Of a stretch of DNA of 58,086 nt, positions 51,059-58,086 are shown piece by piece (within the stretch, counting starts at the first letter, position 1; each line of letters begins with the position of its first letter). The translations under genes and the position numbers were made by a program. Location of the stretch: contig JBAXBP010000002.1 in the NCBI GenBank assembly GCA_037141915.1, positions 1 through 58,086 on the forward strand, written 5' to 3'. The DNA is from Bacteroidota bacterium. GTDB taxonomy: Bacteria > Bacteroidota > Bacteroidia > Bacteroidales > FEN-979. The notes beneath the pieces are model-generated. The model saw only the letters and a list, made by a program, of their open reading frames with translations, did no database searches and had not been told where the DNA came from.

Positions 51059-51093
51059 CATCCTGCATCCTGCATCCCGAATCCTAAAGCCTC
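51059..51093. repeat. Degenerate heptamer tandem array CATCCTG CATCCTG CATCCCG AATCCTA AAGCCTC
   Basis: Five consecutive 7-nt units ending 15 nt upstream of the alpha-2-macroglobulin ATG. Confidence 0.7.
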
Positions 51094-51108
51094 CCAATTC
51101 CCAAACCC

Positions 51109-54100
51109 ATGTCACGCCGCAAAAAAATTCTCTCGTTCATAGTGATACCGGCCCTGGTCATCATGGTATCATTAGCCATCATCCAGGTCTTCCATAAAAA
51201 AACTTCAGGACCCCTGGTTCACGTCAATCCTGCCTTCAGGCAGTATGTACAGGCATTCACCTCAGGGCTGGTACCCTCCCATTCCACGATAAAGATCAGG
51301 ATGAATGATGAGTTTGTCGATTCCTCTTCCATGAACATCCCTGTAAAAGAAGACCTGCTGAGGATCAGCCCATCGGTCAAAGGGACCACCTTCTGGAGCG
51401 ACAGCCGTACCATTGAATTCAGGCCCGACGAGCCCCTGCCCCATGATATGGTCTATACAGTGGAGTTCTGCCTGTCAAAACTTCTCACAGTACCCTCCAC
51501 TCTTAAAACCATGGTATTCCAGTTCAGGACCATCCGCCAGGATTTTGATGTGGGCATCGACAATCATAAAGCAATCTCGGAATCGGACCTGACTAAAGAA
51601 GTCCTTGCCGGAACAATTTTTACAGCCGATGTGGCGGATGACAAACAGGTGGAACTGATGCTCACCGCGAACCAGGACGGGAATTCGCTGCCTGTTACCT
51701 GGCAGCATGATTCAAAGAACAACAAGCATTTTTTCCAGCTTGGCTCCATTGTAAGGGACGACAGGGTATCGACAGTGAATCTTAACTTAAACGGGAGCCC
51801 CATAGGGTCATCCTCAAATAAGGAATTTACTGAAGAGATACCGGCCCTGGGCGATTTCAGGTTTATTGAGATCAGGAATATTGCATCGGGAGATCCCTAC
51901 TTCGTGCTTCGGTTTACCGACCCTCTCAAACATGACCAGAACCTCGAGGGCCTTGTCCATATCGGGAAATACACCAACCTCAGGGTCACCTCCCAGGATA
52001 ATGAACTCATCGTATACCCTCCTGCACAGCTTGAAGGCAGCCCTATGATTACCGTTGAACCCTGGCTCAGGAACTGCCAGGGGAAAGAACTGGGCCGGCG
52101 AATGGTTCAGAAAATTTCCCCCGAGGAGAACAAACCCATGGCCAGGTTCGTTGGCAACGGCGTGATCATGCCTTCATCCAACGGGATGCTGCTCCCCTTT
52201 GAAGCGGTCAACCTGAAAGCGGTTGAAATTAAAGTCATCCGCGTATATGAAAATAATATACTGCAGTTCCTGCAGGTAAATGAGCTTGGGTCAGCCGACG
52301 ACCTTTCAAGAGTTGGAAGGGTGGTGCTGAAGAAAACAGTGCCACTTAACGGGGCAGCGGACTATGGGCGATGGAACAGGTATTCCATTGACCTTTCAAC
52401 CCTGATGAAAGCCGAACCCGGGGCGATCTATTCGGTTAGCCTCAGTTTTAAAAAGCAGTATTCGACTTACCCCTGCACTGAAGAAGTGAGCCGGAATCTT
52501 CAGGATATGGTTGTCATCCAGAACCACGAACGCGAGAATGAACCCAACAAATGGGGATATTACAGTTACTATGAGGATGAGGAAAATGATAACGGTGGAT
52601 GGAATAACTACCAGTGGAACGAACGCGACAACCCCTGCAAGGCTTCCTATTATTTCAACCGCAGGGTTACGCGCAATGTTTTCGCATCGAACCTTGGAAT
52701 GATAGCCAAGGGAGGCGCAGAAAATGAATTTATTGTCTTCGTCACTGACCTTATCACTTCAAAACCATTATCGGGAGTAAAAGTCGAATTCTACAACTAC
52801 CAGCAGCAGATCTTAGGTAATGCCAGTACCGACGGGGATGGGATGGCGACAGCCAAACTTGCATCCAAACCTTTCTTTGCAGTGGCAATGAAAGACAAGG
52901 AGAAGGCTTACCTGAAGCTCGCCGAAGGCAACTCCCTTTCTCTTTCCATGTTCGATATAGGAGGAGAGCCGGTTCAGAAAGGCATTAAAGGATTCATTTA
53001 CGGCGAAAGGGCTGTGTGGAGGCCTGGTGATTCTATTTACCTGACCTTCATCCTGGAGGACAAAAGCAAGAAACTTCCTTTAAACTACCCTGTGAATATG
53101 GCTATGTACAACCCGGCAGGTCAGATGGTTATCCGTCTTGTACTCAATTCTTCAGTGAATGGATTCTATGCATTCAAAACAGCAACCCAGCCTTCCTCGC
53201 CGACAGGGAACTGGCTCGCGAAAGTGAAAGTTGGAGGTGTGGAATTTCAGAAGACAGTGAAAATTGAGACTGTCAAACCCAACCGCCTTAAGATACGGCT
53301 GGATTTCAGCAAAGCATACCTTGCAAAAAACAGGATACCCCCGGCACAGCTTGAAGCAAGCTGGCTTACGGGGGCAACCGCCAGGGGGCTTAAAGCGGAA
53401 GTCAACCTCACCCTCACAAAATCGGTCACCGCATTTAAACAGTTCCCGGCCTATACCTTCGACAATCCTTCGGCAGGCTTTGCCGCAGAGAATATCAGCG
53501 TTTTCGAAGGAAAGCTCAATAATGAAGGCCAGGCGGTGATAACACCTGTGATCCATGTCACCAACGTCGCCCCGGGGGTGCTTAATGCAGCTTTCGAGAC
53601 CAAGGTTTTTGAAGAAGGAGGCGACTTTTCCATAGACCGTTTTACCATACCTTATTATCCCTACGTTTCCTTCGCAGGCCTAAAGGTTCCGCTTCCTTCG
53701 CAGAATGACAGGGTTTTATATACAGACAAGTCTTACGATATCGACCTGGTGAATGTTGATCCCGAAGGGAATGTTGTTCCTTCGAACAGGCTGAAAGTTG
53801 AAGTGTTCAAACTGGAATGGAGATGGTGGTGGGATGATTCGGAAAGAAGTTCAGCCGACTTTGTATCCACATCCCATCTCAGGCCGGTGGATTCAGCAAC
53901 TGTCAGGACTTCAGGAGGAAAAGGCGTTTACAAGTTCAGGATTGATTATGATGAGTGGGGAAGATACCTCATAAGGGTTACCGACAGGATGTCGGGTCAT
54001 ATTGCAGGGAAGATAGTGTATGCCGACTGGCCCGGTTATTTCAGGATGCCCGGGGGTGAAAAACAGGCGGCTTCCATGATCACCCTCACCACTGACAAAT

Positions 54101-56676
54101 CGAAATACTCAGTTGGTGAAACAGTCAAAATAAGCCTCCCTACCTCCCCCGACGGACGAGCTTTGCTGACCATTGAAAACGGGTCTGAGGTGCTGAAGTC
54201 ATTCTGGACACCTACCAGCAAGGGAAGTACGGATATCAGTTTCAAGGTGACTGCTGATATGGCGCCCAACTGTTACGCATTTGTCACCCTGATCCAGCCT
54301 CATGCACAAAGCAAGAATGACCTTCCGATACGATTGTATGGCGTTGTTCCAGTGTTCGTGGAAGATAAGCAGACTCACCTGAAACCTGTCATAAGTGTAA
54401 AAGGCAAACTGGTCCCCGGGGAACCGGCTTCTATAACTGTGAGTGAAGCCGGCGGCAGGCCCATGTCCTATACCCTTGCCGTGGTGGATGAAGGCCTGCT
54501 TGACCTGACCCGCTTCAAAACCCCTGATCCATGGAGTGTTTTCTACGCCAGGGAGTCCCTTGGAATCAAAACCTGGGACCTGTTCGACCAGGTGATGGGT
54601 GCTTTCAGCGGAGACTTGCAGAGGATACTGAGTATTGGCGGTGACCTTGAACTCCACCGGGGAGGACTTAAAGCCAACCGTTTTAAACCGATGGTGAAGT
54701 TCTTCGGCCCCTTTGAACTCAGGAAAGGCGAAACCCGCACTACCACCTTTAAAATGCCTGAATATATCGGATCGGTGAGAGTGATGGTGGTTGCGGCATA
54801 TGACGGGGCCTATGGTTCCGCAGAGCAGGCTGTGCCTGTGAAAAAGCCACTGATGGTGCAGGGAACTCTTCCCAGGGTGCTTGGACCGGGAGAAACAGTG
54901 AAGCTCCCGGTAAGCGTGTTCGCCATGGAAAAGAATATGAAGAATGTTAAAGTCACCATTGATGTGAATGAGTTCTTCCAGGTTAATGGCCTGAACAGCC
55001 GGGAACTGACCTTCAGCGGAATCGGTGACCAGCTTGTCAATTTTGATCTGAAAGCTGGCCTGATGACAGGTATCGCGAAGGTCAGGATCACAGCAGTGAG
55101 CGGGAAAGAAAGGGCCGAAAACAAAATAGAGATCGACATCAGGAATCCCAATCTTCCGGTGACGGATGTGTTTGAAAAGAGCATCCCGCCGGGTGGAAAC
55201 TGGAGCCAGGATTTCGTCCCGCGGGGCATACAGGGCACCAATTCAGGCTCCCTTGAACTTTCATCAATGCCTCCGCTGGACCTTGAGAAATGGCTGTCGT
55301 ACCTGATCCATTATCCTTATGGGTGCGTGGAACAGACCACTTCCTCGGCTTTTCCCCAGCTTTACCTGAAAGATATGGTGGAACTCAGTGCTGAGGCCAA
55401 AACCCGGACCGAGCAGAACATCAAATCGGCCATGCAGATGCTGAGGTCGTTCCAGTTATCGAACGGAGGGCTAACTTACTGGCCTGGCTCGGCATATACC
55501 GATGACTGGGCAACCTGCTATGCCGGGCACTTTATGCTCGAAGCCGAGAAAAAAGGCTTTACTGTTCCTCCGAATTTCCTGGCGGCATGGAAAGTATACC
55601 AGAGGGAAAAAGCTGTTTCCTGGACATACAATTCCAGCTTTTTCAACAGTGACCTGGTTCAGGCATACCGATTGTATACCCTTGCCCTGGCAAGGGTACC
55701 CGAGATGGGAGCCATGAGCAAGCTTATTGAGAAAAAGGATCTTTCACTCACTGCAAAGTGGAGGCTGGCGGGAGCCTATATCCTGGCCGGGAAACCGGAG
55801 GTTGCCCAGCATCTTACCAACGGTATTGGAACAGCCGTCGAGACATACAGCGAACTTTCAGAAACATTCGGCAGCGGCCTGCGCGACAGGGCCATGATAC
55901 TTGAGGTCCTCAACCTTCTGAATATGAAGACCAAAGCAGCCCCTCTGGCCAGGGATATTGCTGCAGAACTATGCAGCTCGGGCTGGCTCAGCACCCAAAC
56001 CAGCGCTTATTGCCTGATCGCACTCAGCGGCTTCTATCCCCAGCAGGGAGGCAGCGGACTTAACGCTTCCTATAGTATTGACCAGGGTGAAAATGGGGTT
56101 GTCAAAACCGACCGTTCGCTGTCGGTCAGCAGCATTGATCCTAAACCCGGGCGCAAACAAACCCTGAAGGTGGTCAATAATGGGAAGAATCTGCTTTACG
56201 CAAGGTTGCTCCTTCGTGGAATACCGGCCAACGGGGATTCGTCATCCGCCAGCAACAACCTTAAGATTTCGGTATCATATCGGGGCCTTAAGAAGGAACC
56301 CGTAGCCGTGAACAGAATTGCCCAGGGCGAAAGCTTCATTGCAGAAGTCAGAGTCACCAATCCCGGTCTGAGGGGTGCATACAGGAATCTGGCACTGAAC
56401 CAGGTGTTTCCTTCGGGCTGGGAGATTATGAACGCAAGGATGAGTGAGATGGCCCAGTCCCTGACAAAGACTTCCGATTTTACTTACCAGGATGTGCGTG
56501 ACGATAGGGTTCTGACGTATTTCGACCTGGCTGCCGGGGAAAGCAAGGTGTTCAGGGTCATGCTGATAGCTGCTTACCAGGGCAGGTTCTACCTCCCTCC
56601 TGTTCAGTGTGAAGCCATGTACGACCATTCGATCAATGCCCGGGCCGCCGGCTGCTGGGTAAGCGTGGGGAATTGA
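51109..56676 (+). CDS. Bacterial alpha-2-macroglobulin family protein with thioester motif
   Basis: 1855 aa with an N-terminal signal-anchor helix. The thioester site YPYGCVEQTTSS has CVEQ at 55324-55335, in frame. It is followed directly by pbpC. Confidence 0.9.
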   Translation: MSRRKKILSFIVIPALVIMVSLAIIQVFHKKTSGPLVHVNPAFRQYVQAFTSGLVPSHSTIKIRMNDEFVDSSSMNIPVKEDLLRISPSVKGTTFWSDSRTIEFRPDEPLPHDMVYTVEFCLSKLLTVPSTLKTMVFQFRTIRQDFDVGIDNHKAISESDLTKEVLAGTIFTADVADDKQVELMLTANQDGNSLPVTWQHDSKNNKHFFQLGSIVRDDRVSTVNLNLNGSPIGSSSNKEFTEEIPALGDFRFIEIRNIASGDPYFVLRFTDPLKHDQNLEGLVHIGKYTNLRVTSQDNELIVYPPAQLEGSPMITVEPWLRNCQGKELGRRMVQKISPEENKPMARFVGNGVIMPSSNGMLLPFEAVNLKAVEIKVIRVYENNILQFLQVNELGSADDLSRVGRVVLKKTVPLNGAADYGRWNRYSIDLSTLMKAEPGAIYSVSLSFKKQYSTYPCTEEVSRNLQDMVVIQNHERENEPNKWGYYSYYEDEENDNGGWNNYQWNERDNPCKASYYFNRRVTRNVFASNLGMIAKGGAENEFIVFVTDLITSKPLSGVKVEFYNYQQQILGNASTDGDGMATAKLASKPFFAVAMKDKEKAYLKLAEGNSLSLSMFDIGGEPVQKGIKGFIYGERAVWRPGDSIYLTFILEDKSKKLPLNYPVNMAMYNPAGQMVIRLVLNSSVNGFYAFKTATQPSSPTGNWLAKVKVGGVEFQKTVKIETVKPNRLKIRLDFSKAYLAKNRIPPAQLEASWLTGATARGLKAEVNLTLTKSVTAFKQFPAYTFDNPSAGFAAENISVFEGKLNNEGQAVITPVIHVTNVAPGVLNAAFETKVFEEGGDFSIDRFTIPYYPYVSFAGLKVPLPSQNDRVLYTDKSYDIDLVNVDPEGNVVPSNRLKVEVFKLEWRWWWDDSERSSADFVSTSHLRPVDSATVRTSGGKGVYKFRIDYDEWGRYLIRVTDRMSGHIAGKIVYADWPGYFRMPGGEKQAASMITLTTDKSKYSVGETVKISLPTSPDGRALLTIENGSEVLKSFWTPTSKGSTDISFKVTADMAPNCYAFVTLIQPHAQSKNDLPIRLYGVVPVFVEDKQTHLKPVISVKGKLVPGEPASITVSEAGGRPMSYTLAVVDEGLLDLTRFKTPDPWSVFYARESLGIKTWDLFDQVMGAFSGDLQRILSIGGDLELHRGGLKANRFKPMVKFFGPFELRKGETRTTTFKMPEYIGSVRVMVVAAYDGAYGSAEQAVPVKKPLMVQGTLPRVLGPGETVKLPVSVFAMEKNMKNVKVTIDVNEFFQVNGLNSRELTFSGIGDQLVNFDLKAGLMTGIAKVRITAVSGKERAENKIEIDIRNPNLPVTDVFEKSIPPGGNWSQDFVPRGIQGTNSGSLELSSMPPLDLEKWLSYLIHYPYGCVEQTTSSAFPQLYLKDMVELSAEAKTRTEQNIKSAMQMLRSFQLSNGGLTYWPGSAYTDDWATCYAGHFMLEAEKKGFTVPPNFLAAWKVYQREKAVSWTYNSSFFNSDLVQAYRLYTLALARVPEMGAMSKLIEKKDLSLTAKWRLAGAYILAGKPEVAQHLTNGIGTAVETYSELSETFGSGLRDRAMILEVLNLLNMKTKAAPLARDIAAELCSSGWLSTQTSAYCLIALSGFYPQQGGSGLNASYSIDQGENGVVKTDRSLSVSSIDPKPGRKQTLKVVNNGKNLLYARLLLRGIPANGDSSSASNNLKISVSYRGLKKEPVAVNRIAQGESFIAEVRVTNPGLRGAYRNLALNQVFPSGWEIMNARMSEMAQSLTKTSDFTYQDVRDDRVLTYFDLAAGESKVFRVMLIAAYQGRFYLPPVQCEAMYDHSINARAAGCWVSVGN

Positions 56677-56677
56677 A

Positions 56678-58086
56678 ATGGCTGAGCGACGGAAGTTGCG
56701 TCTGAATCTCAACCGGCGCTGGTACTATTGGTTTGCTGCAGTATTGCTGGTTTATATCATGCTGCTGATAGCCTGGCCCCGGCATTTGTTTCGCGACCCG
56801 TCATCAACCGTCGTATATGACAATGAAATGAGGCTCCTCGGGGCCAGGATCTCTCCCGACCAGCAATGGAGGTTCCCCGAGAGTTCAGGTGTGCCTTTGA
56901 AGTTCAGCAAAGCCATCATCTGTTATGAGGACCAGTGGTTCCGTTTCCATCCGGGGTTCAACCTCGTGGCAATGATCAGGGCGGTTGCCCTCAATATAAG
57001 GCATCATAAGATTGTCAGCGGAGGAAGCACCATCAGCATGCAGGTGATCCGCCTGGAGAGGAAAAACAGGGAGAGAACCTATACTGAAAAGGCTATTGAG
57101 GTAAGCCTTGCTTTGTTAATGGAACTTACCTCTTCAAAACAGGAGATTCTCAGGCTTTATGCTTCCCATGCTCCTTTCGGAGGCAATGTGATAGGAATTG
57201 AAGCGGCAGCGTGGAGGTATTTCGGTATTAATGCCGACCAGCTTTCATGGGCCCAGGCAGCAACCCTGGCCGTGCTGCCGAACAGTCCGGGCCTTATCTA
57301 TCCGGGGAGGAACCCCCGCAACCTGCTGGCCAAACGTAACCGCCTTCTCGATCGTTTGTGGTACCAGGGGAAGATAGACCTTGCCACCTGCGAACTCGCA
57401 AAGTGTGAACCTTTGCCGGGTAAACCTTATCCGTTGCCCCGGCTTGCCCCTCACCTGCTCGACCGCATTGCAATGGAAGGTTACAGGGGTGAAAAGGTGC
57501 AAACTACCATTAACGGGATGCTCCAGGAAAGGGTGAACAACATCCTTGAGCTTCACGGGATACAACTTGCAGCCAACGAGATCCATAATGCTGCAGCCAT
57601 TGTACTGGAAGTGAAGACAGGGAGAGTACTGGCATATATAGGAAACCTCAGGCGAAGCGGAAAGACCGATCACGGCAATGATGTGGATGTGATCATTTCC
57701 CCGCGAAGTACCGGCAGCATTATGAAACCCTTTCTTTACGCTGCAATGCTTAACGATGCGCTTATCCTTCCCAATACCCTGGTTCCGGATATACCTGTAC
57801 AGATTGGCGGTTTCATTCCCGAAAATTACAACCTCACTTACGACGGGGCCGTACCTGCGAAACGGGCTCTTTCAAGGTCCCTGAACATCCCTGCTGTAAA
57901 GATGCTTCAGACTTTCGGGTATACCCCGTTTTACAACCTTCTGAAAAATATCGGGATGGGCACCCTCACCAAACCATCCGATCATTACGGACTGGCAATC
58001 ATCCTGGGAGGGGCTGAAGCGAAACTCTGGGACCTTACCGGGATGTATGCTTCAATGGCCCGCAGCCTGGAGCATTATACCCATGG
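56678..58086 (+). CDS. pbpC: Penicillin-binding protein 1C (transglycosylase/transpeptidase), 5' partial, continues past window end
   Basis: Manual translation from ATG 56678 gives MAERRKLRLNLNRRWYYWF...ICYEDQWFRFHPGFN...GGSTISMQVIRL...RKNRERTYTEKAIE (GT51 motifs). There is no stop before 58086, so it is absent from the ORF track. Confidence 0.88.
   Translation, partial: MAERRKLRLNLNRRWYYWFAAVLLVYIMLLIAWPRHLFRDPSSTVVYDNEMRLLGARISPDQQWRFPESSGVPLKFSKAIICYEDQWFRFHPGFNLVAMIRAVALNIRHHKIVSGGSTISMQVIRLERKNRERTYTEKAIEVSLALLMELTSSKQEILRLYASHAPFGGNVIGIEAAAWRYFGINADQLSWAQAATLAVLPNSPGLIYPGRNPRNLLAKRNRLLDRLWYQGKIDLATCELAKCEPLPGKPYPLPRLAPHLLDRIAMEGYRGEKVQTTINGMLQERVNNILELHGIQLAANEIHNAAAIVLEVKTGRVLAYIGNLRRSGKTDHGNDVDVIISPRSTGSIMKPFLYAAMLNDALILPNTLVPDIPVQIGGFIPENYNLTYDGAVPAKRALSRSLNIPAVKMLQTFGYTPFYNLLKNIGMGTLTKPSDHYGLAIILGGAEAKLWDLTGMYASMARSLEHYTH

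Noticed and set aside
5839-51093. Short tandem arrays (7-8-nt units), considered as CRISPR arrays.
   Set aside because: The units are contiguous with no spacers, far shorter than CRISPR repeats, limited to 3-5 copies, and there are no cas genes in the window.
57245-57673. 142-aa minus-strand ORF.
   Set aside because: It is antisense to the uninterrupted pbpC reading frame, which shows GT51 transglycosylase motifs.

Overview
The window is a chromosomal segment of a Bacteroidota-type genome. Exact TAnnTTTG -7 promoter boxes lie roughly 18-80 nt (most 18-31 nt) upstream of many start codons, and the truncated glgA / DUF4270-like gene pairing fits this phylum. No transposase, integrase, CRISPR array, tRNA or rRNA was seen.

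Most of the content is core metabolism in conserved operons:
- atpD fragment and an M23/LysM peptidase
- lspA-dksA-like-ileS
- yceD-rpmF-plsX-fabH
- glgA-DUF4270-like-glmS
- sodB and two S41 peptidases
- an RND efflux triad
- pabA and pabB-pabC
- pirin and YceI
- a TonB/AraC pair and a minimal K+ channel
- a thioester alpha-2-macroglobulin followed by pbpC, which runs off the window end

Observations worth a second look:
1. A roughly 180-nt rod-like structured RNA candidate at 32287-32470 lies on the minus strand. An exact -7 box sits immediately upstream of it.
2. A tightly overlapping mevalonate operon (fni-HMGR-fusion-mvk) is present. Its 696-aa gene fuses a GYDIA-motif GHMP kinase to diphosphomevalonate decarboxylase.
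3. A 1077-aa single-chain oxidoreductase carries five cofactor domains. It lies convergent to a monofunctional proline dehydrogenase.
4. Short tandem word arrays of 7- or 8-mers, 3-5 copies each, occur with different words at different loci. They are often paired in inverted orientation and often touch or contain stop codons. Longer intergenic palindromes accompany them.
5. The pabA and pabB start codons overlap back to back on a CATG.

All functional calls rest on motif recognition by eye. No database search was run.
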